Below are positions 1 through 11,965 of a stretch of DNA of 64,000 nucleotides, piece after piece. The notes below the pieces were generated by a model, which had not been told where the DNA came from, did not search any database, and saw only the letters and a program-made list of their open reading frames with translations. Position 1 is the stretch's first letter. The number at the start of each line of letters is the position of its first letter. The translations under genes were made by a program, and so were the position numbers. The stretch is from Tubiluchus corallicola (Eukaryota; Animalia; Priapulida): assembly GCA_030141605.1 (NCBI GenBank), contig JAQGDQ010000186.1, positions 248,001-312,000 on the forward strand, written 5' to 3'.

Positions 1-225
1 CAATATATAATGCAAGGGTTTGTCTAGGTAAAGCGTGTAATTGGATTTGGAATTTACTTTTCTACGGTATTTTATAGAATGCTGAATAAATTTTAGTTAG
101 TCTAAAAAAAATATTCAGTTGTAAAATTCAGTTTATATAATGTTCTTAGGCATTTTATATAATGCCAATTTTATTTTAGGGAATGTGTGAATTTGAATTT
201 TACAGGTTGGTGGTTGATCGGTTGG

Positions 226-361
226 TTAGATAGGTGGGTAGGTAGGCACTAAGTAGGTAGGTAGGGAGGGAGGCAGGCAGACAGACAGACACATAGATAA
301 AGCGAGAGACAGAGAAAGACAGACAGAGAGAGCGAGAGAGAGAGAGTGAGAAAGAGAGAGA
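226..361. repeat. Compound (GGTA)/(GACA)/(GA) microsatellite
   Basis: Seen directly. Confidence 0.9.
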
Positions 362-2609
362 TACAAGTTCTTATGGTCTGCCACGCTGGCTATAATTTGT
401 AAATTGCTTTCATACAAAAGGTCTAATTTTAATCTATTCCAAAGAATTCATTTTCTGCACAGCAAATTTTTCGTATTAACCCCCTCTTCTTCAATAACAA
501 CATCACTCACAGCCATTTTAACTGTGCACAACGTACAACATGGTATTTATAAACTAGCTTTGCGTAAAGTTACGAACAAATTTAAGATTTTTACGAAAAC
601 TAGTAAGGTTAGCGAATCTGTGCGTAGCGCTGAGGACATTTCTACACACAAACAAGTTTATGAAGTAATTATTTGTAAGAACTAAATGAATCTGGCCCAC
701 CCTTCATAAATATGGAAAGTGATCCATCTGATTGGGTAGCATGTCAGAAATGCTGATGCTGCGCCCATCTCCAACAAACCAATTAACTCACCGGGTTACT
801 TGGACTCCTAGTTTAGTACCATGGCTAAATCATTAATTCCATACAATGCCTAGGTAAAGAATAAAATATCTGGAAAAAGTTCGATTCAACATAAATTAGG
901 TCTATTTTACACATTGCCAAAGTCACTTTACGCATTTTACTGTTTTACATTTAATGTTACATTTTACGCATTTTACATTTAATGTTAGCTGTTATACAAA
1001 ACGTCAAGATAAGTGTGAAACATCCGTAGCAAAAAAGATTTGCTTCATATTTTTCCCGAAATGCATGGGTATTATACGAAATACCTAGGAATATCTACAT
1101 TTTACACATTATCTGTAATATATAAATTATAATAAATATGACAGTATAAACATTAAAGCAAATTGCCCAAGTAGTAACAAAAGTAACCTCAGTTGCCCAA
1201 CGTGCTGTAAAGAAAAACAGTCTAAAAAGCGTGTGTTAGAATGTAAGGAGCTAAAGTAGCCCAAGTGGACGCCATGCAACGACATTATCAAGACCGACTG
1301 GTTCAAACCTTACAACAGGTACATCAAACTATTGAAAGGCTATACATCTATAGAGAGGAAATTCAGTAAGCTCGAATTTCAACCAGCGTCAAATAGCATC
1401 AATATCAATTGTACAAAAAGTGATTCAGAGTATTATGCTTTGCACATTATGTGAGTGCCTGCCATTGGGTAGAAATTTGGTAGAGGGATACTGCACTCGA
1501 GCGTTAGTCGGTGATTTCCCATGTTGCTGGAATGGACCAATGGACTTAACATTTTGGTTGACAGTCCAATTATTTAAACTTTCCATGAACCAATTTACCC
1601 GTTAAAGATACCAAGGGGAGGTAGTTTGTTCACGTGGATGGATTTCACACAAAAAAACCCTTATGGAATATCTCTGATTTTGCAATATACTTCATAGTGG
1701 CTAGTGGCGGCAGAAAGTAGATTGTGTAATGTCATTAGACGATTGCTACATGATATGACGATGACGTTTTGGTTTGGAGTTGATCGGGCGTGCTGCCGAC
1801 AAGCCACTGGCACAGCATTGTCTAGTTGTTTTGCTAGATAACTGCTGTCATTACCTGTCTTGAGGCAGATTTATTTTAGAATTCTATTAGACATAATGAG
1901 TCTCTGATCATAAGATGATAATGTGTTCGATGCTGTAATCATACTTTCATGATCAGAGGTTAAGCGAGCAAATTCATTTTTCCAAAAAGTAATTGCCAGT
2001 TGCAAGAAAAATCAGCCCAAACAACATTCATTGTATTTTGAATTCTATATACATATTCATTGTATTGTATACACACTGGAATATGGAAAAAATTTTACCA
2101 CATAATATACATGCATAAATTGCTTAGCTTGAAAATGCAAGAAATTTAAATCGTTTGTATCTTCCAATAAACAAACCTCGTTGTGGACATATTTGATAAA
2201 GAAAGACGTAAGCTTGTGGACAGCAGGAGGGCACACATAACAAAGCTTCCTCAGTTCACTTAGAAAATTCGCTGTTCTGGCTGAATGAATCTTTGTGTTT
2301 AACTGTGTTTATGTAGAAATTATTGGAAAAATGTTTCCTTGCAAGAGGAGAGCAGTTTCTTTTTGTTTGAAGCATTTTTTAGAACAATGTGGTATTTATG
2401 AGCATTAATAAGCTACATTGGATTTTTCAACTTGTTTTATCATCATGTCAAACTGCACCTTAGTTGTTATCCCCTACTGAGAACCGTGCTTTTGTAAATT
2501 TTATGCATTGTTTTTAATGTGCAGATGGCTCGACTACAAACTTGTGGGCTTGGTGGTTAATTGTGATGTAACACAGCAAACCAGGATCTTGATTTTGAAT
2601 TTTCTAAAG

Positions 2610-5600
2610 ATGACACCTGATGATTGGCTATATGTTTCTCTGTTGCTTGTCACTATCATTGTTGGCTATTTTTCAAGAAAGATTCAAGATGCAATAACTA
2701 AACAGTGGGTGCTGAGCATAACTGGATTTACTTTAATAACCAGCCAAGTTGGTCAACAGATATGGCATTCATTATGTACTATTGTTGTAACTTGCATGAT
2801 CATCAAGTTTTTACGAAGGTAGTAGTTGATAATTTAATTTACTTAAGTAGTTTCTATACAAATTTTTGTTGGCCATTATAGTGATGTAAAACTTGGTTTA
2901 TTTTTGAAAAGAAAACTTAGACTGTAATTCACTCTAATTGTTAATGTCATTCTAATTATTAGCCAGTTAATTTTAATATTATTATTGCTTGGTATATTTT
3001 TTATTGTGCTGTAATGGTTAGCACTTCTGATCAGCAATGGAAGACTTAGAAAGCTAAGGTTTTTACTGTTACTTAAATGAATTCAGTCAGTAATAACACT
3101 GAGATCCAATAATTAGTAGACTATCCTACTCTAATAACTACAGAGTATATGTACAGGCTGTCACAAATGTAATAAGCTATTTAATTGTTATTTTCAGACA
3201 TTGCCATATTTTAAGCTTTATGTGGTGTTTTGGATACTTAGTGTTTTTCCGATCAACTGAATATTGGGGCTTTCCTAAAGTGCCTCCAGTTGCTAATGCT
3301 GTTCAGCTGGTACTCACACTTAAGGTAAGTATGGCAATAGCTTTGTATCACAAATATTTTTTTTTTCATATATATGGTGTTACATAACCTTCTGCTAGGG
3401 TGTGCAGATGCGACAAGCAACAGTACAGAACTATTTATAACATCACAGTACTACAGAAACAATAAAGAATCTATATCATGCCCTCAAAGTTTATTGAGAG
3501 CTCAATGCATCTCGCGCAGCCATCTGTCTTGAGACGTATGATTGGAGCAGTGACCTGAAAATGCTGGGGTAATTTTTTTCAATTGAACTGGATGGCCTGA
3601 AAGATTCACTGGTCCTCAACCCAGTCAGTTGCATTGGGGCTACCCTGAATGGCAGAGAGCATGCTAAAATGATTAAAAAACATTAATCAGTATTCAAAAA
3701 AAGATAAGTGTGCGAGACATCTGTAAGATGTGTTGGATGACTTTCAGTTCTTCCAGTTACTGCTTCGATCATATCCCTCAAAATTACAGGCTGTATGAGA
3801 CATATGAGGCTTCCACACCAAATTTTAAGGGCATGGTAAATTCGTTATTGCTTATTTACTTTACTTGTAATATTGTAATAAATTGTTCTGCACTGTTACT
3901 CATTGTTTTTATGCCCAATTACTCATTGTTTTTGTAGCCCAAGAAGTTGTATACTAGTTCATGTTTCTTACCTCAGGCACTACTTTTAAAATATTCATTT
4001 GTTCCTTTAATATATCATCACCTTCAATTTATTATACCTATTAACTGCGCTGTTAAAAATAATATTATACATAAGTAATGTGAGTTGCTGGTAGCGATTT
4101 GCACTGACACGAATCTTATTCGCAATTAATGACATTCTTTTTTTAGTTGATAAGTGTAGCTTTCGAAATAGTAGATACAGACAGAGCAAAAAAAACTGAA
4201 ATTGAGGAAACCAACACAGAGAAACATCTGCAAATCAAGTTTACGTCCGTCAATCCTAGTGTTTTGGACATAGTTTTGTATGGCTACTGCATACTTGGAG
4301 TCTTTACTGGTAAGTAAATAAAATGTTGTTGTAACTGTTACCCATCTCTTTTCTATAGGCTACAAATTTAATCCACATTTATTGTTGTTTTGTTATGAAC
4401 TTTGTCAGCAAGCTTATCTGCAAGTGGCTACAATGCTTTTCATTAAAAAACAAGGACATATTTACTAATAGGCTAATTAGGTATATTGCTGTTTTGCTGT
4501 AGCCTAGGTGCCAAATTTTAAAGGGCGCCAGATTTTAGGAACCCAGTACTAAAAAATTCTTATTCTCTTAAAATAAGAAGTACTCCACTACAAGCAGTTG
4601 CACAGTTTTTATCGATATAAGCACTGTGCAAATATATGTAATAACATAGGTACTAGGTAATAGTACTACTAACAGAAGTAATTTTTGCATTGCGGTTCAT
4701 ATTTTATAAATAACGATGAATCCATAATAGTGTCGGAGGAAACTGAACTATCAGTCTAGGGCCTCATAAAGTCTTGATGCACACCTGTTGACAAAGATAT
4801 ACAGAAAAATTAAAGACGGATTACAAATTTAGCAGATTTAGTAGCCACAACAATATTGCAAATATCTCATAGGTCAGCAAGAAGCCATTAAGGCTGGTAA
4901 GCTTGTGTATAGGTTTCTGCAGAATGATAGTTACAATTTCTGGAAGGCTGTGCAAAGTAAAGTTAATGGTAAAGTGCCTCTTTCTAACAAAGTTGAGAAT
5001 GGTATTAAGCCACCACGTCGTTTTGCTGTTGGTGCTAGGTTTGGGCATTGCCTCTTCTCAGCAGTGTTCCTGTGCTGCTCCCTATCTAGATCCTAACTAT
5101 TTTCTTCTGCACTGTTTTACTTTATCGACAAATTCGTACCCAGTATATCTATCCTAACAATGCACTCACTCGGAATAAATACTACTCGTACCTGTTAGCC
5201 AAATGTGCTTAAGGAAGTTCTCGGTTTTTATATAAACAAGAACTCTCCTATAAATCTGTGTTTCATCGATGCCTCAAAGGCCTTTGACCGTATCAACTTT
5301 TATAAACTATTTCTGAAGATTTTTGATAACAGAACTGCCCAGGATCACTCTGAAATTGTTAATATACTTTTACTGTAATCAATCAATGTGTATTTGCTAG
5401 GGTACATCTGTCTATATATTTTTCTGTCCATAATGATGTCCATCAGGGTGGGGTCAACGTGGTTTTTCAACTATTATTTTAAAGATCTTAATGTAGCCCT
5501 GAACAATGCACAAATTGGTTGTAGAATAAATAGGCATATTCTTAATCATCTTATGCATGCCGAAGATGTTTGTATAATGACTAGTACAATTAGTTCTATA

Positions 5601-8600
5601 CAAAGTCTAATTGATATTTATCAGTGTTTTGCTTATGACTTTGATGTCATCATTAACACTGACAAAACTAAATTACTGACTATTAAACCATTTAGTATGA
5701 GCAAAATTCCAAATTATAGTGTGTACTACATAATCTGTCTCTGTTGTGTTATCAAATCTGTCTCTACAGATAATGTCTGGGCCCACATTATTAACATCTC
5801 TTTCAGTGATAATGATGGTAATTATTGATGTTAGAAATGTATGCTAGCAGCTAAAGCTAATATTCTTATGAGAAATTTCAGTCACTGTAGGTTAGATATC
5901 AAACTCTTTAAGACTTATTGTACAAGGGTTTATGGGGCGGCCTTGCGGAGTAAGTTCATTGCATAATCTCTTGATGAATTGAAAGACACGCATAACAAAT
6001 GTATAAGGTAATTATTTTCTCTGCCTATACGTTTGCAGTGCAAGGGAAATAATGGTAAATCTTGCTATCCTTAAAATTTTTCGTTAGAGTCACACCTTAA
6101 AATGTGCAATAATATCTATCTGAGATGCTGCAGACTGTCTAATGTGTATCGTACCTCTAAACTTTACAGCAGATGGAGGGTATATTATATCTATAATCCT
6201 TGTATAGCAGAATTCTGTCAGACGTATTTAAATATGGAGACCTATGTGTTATACTTTATCTATGCACATTATTTTTTAATTTGTTAATTGGTTTTATCTA
6301 CTAACTCTCATTTACTTCTTATCATTTGCTGTGTGCAATTAACTGTATGAATGCTTTTATGTCTGAAATAAAATGAAATTGAAAATTGAATGGACGACTT
6401 GATTTGCATCTTGTGTTTAAAAGCTGTCCAGTACTAAGAAATGGGTTACATACACATCTTGATTTTTTTTATTCTTTTACAATGATACTTTTACAATGTT
6501 CTGTTTCTATTAACCTATGATATTATTATAGCAGCAGGCATTTACTACAGAGTACTGTGTATCAGTACTTCAAAAATAGCAGAAAAGCATTCTTATTTTT
6601 AGGTCCTTATTACAAGTACAGGACATATCATGACATGCTTTATTCATCTTATGCACATGATGCCAAATTTTTGGACAACATGAAGAAAAGAGCTTTATGG
6701 CTACCTGTATATTGCATATTATATCTACTATTGACACAATATTACACCATTGAAGTGAGTTTTATGTATCAGTACTAAATTAATATAAGAATTTTTCATT
6801 ATTTCATTACATACATAGGGTGATTACCTGGAATCTTCTAGCACATTCTGGAATTTTTATTTTGGTAGAAAGTTATATACAACTTTGTGTATGCAATCAT
6901 CATACGCAATAAAGCTTCCTCAATTATTTGAATGATGGATTATTTGAAGATTTGAAACATGTTTTGAATAAGTGATGTTTGGGATGATTGATGATAATGA
7001 ATTACTGATTGTTTTTACGATGCTATGTTGACTTACAGAGGTTCAATTTTCATTGTATGTAACAGCATTTTGTATAGTGTCTCTCATTATAGTAAATTAT
7101 TTCTCAATTTATGCAATACTGCGGCTTTGGCTAAAAAACTTGGCTTAGCAGTCAATAGTTTGATATTCTTTGTTCATATATCAGCAAGGATTTAAAGTTT
7201 AGTCTAATTACTGGACTAGAGTTTAATAATGCCTTTTGTGCTGCATAAATAAGAGTACATTTACCGTTTATGACTCATTTTATTGTTTTTACATGTAATT
7301 GTTTTTGTTCTTTTAGTATGCTACTACTGATGAGTTCTATGCAAGGGGATTTCCATATTGCCTCTTCTACATGGTTCCGATGTTTACTGTGTTTCGGGTT
7401 CGCATGTATATTGCTTGGATTGTAGCTGAAATGAGTTGTATATGCGCTGGTTTGGGAGCTTATCCAAAGAGTTGTAAGCCTCGTACTGGCCAAGGACCTA
7501 CACTTTATGCTAACCTTGAGACAGAAATGTAATTGTACTTTTTTCATGCTGTTTTTCTTGAATTCATAATGTGTGCTGTGCTTGTTGCATAAAAATTGCT
7601 TGTAAAAACTTGTGCAAAGTGACCACAATTCTGTTTATGTTATCTGTTAGGCACTTCTACTATAGCTATTAAATGGTAGTGCTAAATACAGTTCATTAGA
7701 AAATGAAAACCACCAATTAACCAAGTGCTCTTTAAAACTTTTGAATTCTACTATGAATCATAGATAAATCTAATTATTCAAAAAAGATTCACTTGTAAAG
7801 AAAATAAGCTTAAACAACCTTGGTGTTGGCATCTACGTCATACATGCAAATGAGAACAATGAGGGAAATTTTTGAAACGCAGCAGTAATTCCATTAATTT
7901 TACTTTAGTAGAACAAATGTGATGATAAGTTTTGCTAATATTTAGAATACTTTTTAGACTTATCAGTCGATCTTAGATATTATATAGTTTATTATTGATG
8001 ACTAGTTATACTGAAATAACTGAAAGCCCTCTATGTATTATATTAAAACATACACGATTGTCTGTCTGTAGGCCTATACTTCGTATCACAACATTTAATG
8101 CAGAATCTGTGTCTTGATGTAACATTTACATGTCATGTCATGTTGAAAGAGTCAGAAATTCAGCATTGCTTGTCATAATTGTGCTTGGACATTTTCAGCC
8201 TTTCCAGCAAATAATTCAATAACAATTTTAAATATAAAATTTCCTGTTAAGTTAAAGTTTCAATTGCCATATAGTCTTTTGTTATTATGGCATTACTATT
8301 TTGATTAAAATGTTAGGCACATTAAAGATGGGTCGAGCTGACCTGTACTGGTGGAGAGGCACTGATGTATTTGCCATTAGCAAAGATTATGCTATTTGCA
8401 AAGATTATGCGATCAGGCTTTTCAGAGTTTTGGTGAAAGAGAAAATGTTTTAATTTTGCTAGAAAAGCAATTATATTGTGCAATACTGACAATAAGATAT
8501 TTTTCATTTTGGGTAAGTGTAGAATGCAAATAAGGTTAAATCTGTTTTATCTTAATTTATGAATTATTTTAGGCAGAAGAGCTCTGATGAAGTTGAGATT

Positions 8601-11522
8601 AACTTTGACACAATCTATAATATAGATGCTTATGGTTGCGAAATGGTGAGCACTGTGAGGGAGGGAATGAAGTGCTGGAATATGAGTGTACAGTACTGGC
8701 TGGCATTTTATGTCTATCGGAGGATTCCATTTCGTCCTATACGGTAAATGTAATGTAGATTTACATGGACTTATATATTCATTTAACTTTTTAACACAGT
8801 TCAACACTCTAGAAGCGTGGATCCGGCACTCAGCAGCAGTGCCTGCTCAATGTAAAAGGTTGTGGAGTTACTGCAATCTAACTCATTATCATAGACAATC
8901 ATCTATGTTCAAATCCAGATGAATGGTCAGGCCAAATGTTTAACATGTATGTCAACGATACATTTAGTAACCACTTTCGGTATTTCTTAACTTTGTCACA
9001 TTATGCCACTCAGTTATTTTTGGTAATGTGAGCAAGAGAAAGCTACATAAATTGGCAAAGGGATGTTGTTCTAGCGATTCGATAAGATTAAGTATGATGG
9101 GTGAAATATAAGTATAACAAGCGCCCAATATAGGTCCCAAAACAGAATACACATATCAAGTTTCACAGAAAAAGTGCCACAGTGTACAATAATATTAGAA
9201 GTAAGTATTCTGCAAAGCTAAAATTTCGCAGCGTGATATCACAATACGTTAGTTTTTGGCTGTGGAACTCTCAAGTTTATATAGTCTTAGTGGTTTTTTA
9301 AGTTATGGCCGAAAAGCTTTTTGCATATTAAAAATTTAGATACCAGAACAATGCCAGATAATCATCAATTGAAAAATAGCCACTCTGAGGTATAATGTGT
9401 GTCAGCAAAACAATAAAGTAATCAAATCAAATGGGTTACGCCATGTTCTTCACTACAAAGATGATTCACTGATGAAAATTAGTTATCAATAAAAAATAGT
9501 ACTTAATTGTCTGGACTATAATGACAGAATTCCTTTAATGAAAAAGAGTGAGAGAGCCATTGGATGTTAAGTATTAAAGGCAAAAAATGTTGAGTGCTAT
9601 GACCAAATACCCCTTAAAAAAGCGAGAAATTCTATGAGCAACTGGAAGAAATGCCTCCGTCTGGTATACATTGGAAATGTTGGACACGTAGAGCATTTGA
9701 TCTAAGTTTTAATGATAGTGACATTTATTTTTTTGACTTGTTGTTTTAAAGCTTCTCATATATTTGGAAATATCTAAGGACATGGCCTCAAATTTTGCTG
9801 ATTACACACAATCGGCTATTATCTTATAATATCATTAACAAAACTGCTTTTGGCCACCTGATAAAATGAAATTATGTATTGAGCCTTTTTTTGACATAGT
9901 TTACTAATGGATAGCGTTCCTTCTGTCCAAACAACTTGCCGAGTGGAGAAGCAGATAGTATGAGAAAGCTTATTTCAAGTGTTGAACCTGTCTGGCCATT
10001 TGCCTGATGGTGGTTGCCGAAGCACCAGTCAAGAAAATGCCTAGGTGAACTTCCAGGCTGGAACAATCATGTGCAATGTTTTTACAATCACTAAGTCACC
10101 AAGATGTGTATAAAGCAACTGTTATTGGCAGTACTTGCTGGATTTGACAAAAAGGAAATAGTTGAGTTTTTCAACAGTAAGAGGAATGGCTGTGTGAAAG
10201 AGAATGGTCATGATGTGTGTTTGACCGTGAAAGCTCCTTACAGTGTTTAATAATCTAGTTAATAAATGGATAAGCCACTGATGTGAACTTACTTCTGAGT
10301 AATTCGTCTGTATTTATAGGAATGTATAACTTCTGGAAGTTTAGTGCCTCGTCTCAGAAAATTATGTTTAATAAACAATTTTGTTCTAGTCCTGCCACAA
10401 CCTTTTAACATTTGCAGAGGCTCAACATTAAGTGTTAAATTTTGGTTTGCAGTATACCAAACCATATGAAAAAATTTAAACAGGTTTGCCCGCATTCCCT
10501 TTTTAACACTGTAAGGTTCATTTTGCAAACAGAGCCTGATTTTATTGATGAGAAGATGAAAATCATGACACATGACACACTAATTAGACTGAATTATTGG
10601 AGCAGACGTGACCATGTTTTACTGCTGCATTAAAATAATAATAACATTCTTTATAGTACAAAAGGTAATGAAAATGTTTTTATTATTGGCTTTAGCTGCA
10701 CATTTCAACTGGCGAGAACAATTTGGTGTTTTTAATTAAACTTATTAAGTTGCCACCAAAAAGTAGAAAAGGGAACACAAGTGTGTTTTTAATCAAAGGT
10801 TTTTGCATGTAAGGCAGGAAAACAAAAATTGCACATTGAGTTAAAACTGTTCAACGTCAAAGGACTAGTTTGCCTTTGCATCTTAACCTAGTGTTTTGCA
10901 AAATATCACTTCTGTTTCTCTTTTCAAAATTTTTCATTATTCATACAAGTGCCACCATTTGTAGCATAGTAGACGAAATAGTTTGACTTAAGACATTCCT
11001 TTTTCTCCCATTCTTGTATTATTTTTGCTTATCAATTTTTGCAGGGCTAGAATAGTGTAATACAGAGTCTGATTAATGTCTATATATAAACTGTTCTTAG
11101 TAAAACTTTGTTTGTCTATTTGCTTTTTTTATAAAGTATATTCCTGTCAGTCACCTGAATCCCGAACTATTTATTTCAGGACAATTGTAACTATGTTAGT
11201 AAGTGCATTCTGGCATGGAATCCATGGTGGATATTACCTGAGCTTTTTAACGATTCCTATCTGTTTGATGGCTGAAGATAATATGGCCTCTGCAATCCGC
11301 AAAGACTTGCCCCCAGGTGGACAGCGTGTTTACGATTGGTTTGGTTGGTTTTTTAGAATGCGTGCATTTGATTACATGAGCATGGGATTTCTTTTACTTC
11401 GGTTTGATGCGACATTACGATACTGGAGTAGCATCTATTTCATTATGCATCTAGTCACAATATTTTTTATTACATTTGGTCATCTATATAACTCATTAAA
11501 CAAGCGTTTCCTAAAGGGCTAA
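2610..11522 (+). CDS. MBOAT7: Lysophospholipid acyltransferase 7 (LPIAT1, MBOAT family), 7 coding exons, 458 aa
   Basis: Exons 2610-2818, 3198-3324, 4147-4309, 6603-6754, 7317-7528, 8573-8743, 11180-11522, all GT-AG, total 1377 nt in frame. Motifs NAVQLVLTLK, GVFTGPYYKYRTY, FRVRMYIAW..AE..C..AGLGAYP...G.GPT, WNMSVQYWL (conserved Asn), SAFWHGIHGGYYLSFLTIP (catalytic His), RAFDYMSMGF are typical of MBOAT7. Confidence 0.95.
4810..6390 (+). mobile_element. Decayed non-LTR retrotransposon (LINE, RTE-X-like) RT fragment in MBOAT7 intron 3
   Basis: Frameshifted RT motifs: NFWKAV (~4935), CFIDASKAFDRIN (~5260-5297), HQGG (~5441), IGCRIN..LNHLMHAEDV (degenerate YADD, ~5515-5570); 3' tail AATAAAATGAAATTGAAAATTGAA at ~6367-6390. 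Confidence 0.8.
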
Positions 11523-11965
11523 AATTAAAGCTAAAATTATTTATACAATTTACTATATATATATATATATATATAATTTTGATCACAGTGTTCATCTACT
11601 GAAATGCTAAAAGCTTATATAATAATTATGTAATGTATAATGTGTACTAATTCAAATCAGCTCTCAAGTTAAACTATTTATTTATAATTGTGCAACTTTG
11701 TTGACATCTTTCTGTCACATGCTTTATCATTATTAATCATGCCAGAGATCAATTTTTGTCATACTTCGTGATACGTTTTGACTGTAATACAGTCACTGTT
11801 AACTCTTATTTTTATAATTATGTAAAGGATTTTGCTTGTCATTATTAGAGTAAAGCTTCTATTCTAAGTACTTGTAGTCTTACATCTAATTGTTGATAAC
11901 TTGTAGCACTTCCTATAATGGAAAATTATAATTATTATTATATTTAGCTGCTTTTGGTTTGCTAT

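Noticed and set aside
3005-3060. tRNA-like A-box (TAATGGTTAGCAC), with similar relics near 13370 and 48910
   Set aside because: No complete cloverleaf or B-box; at most SINE debris, not tRNA genes.
5388-5828. 146-aa ORF as an independent gene
   Set aside because: Frameshifted piece of the decayed LINE RT with a corrupted YADD motif.
9870-10660. Possible DNA transposase remnant in MBOAT7 intron 6
   Set aside because: Looks like decayed coding sequence, but I could not identify diagnostic motifs or terminal repeats.
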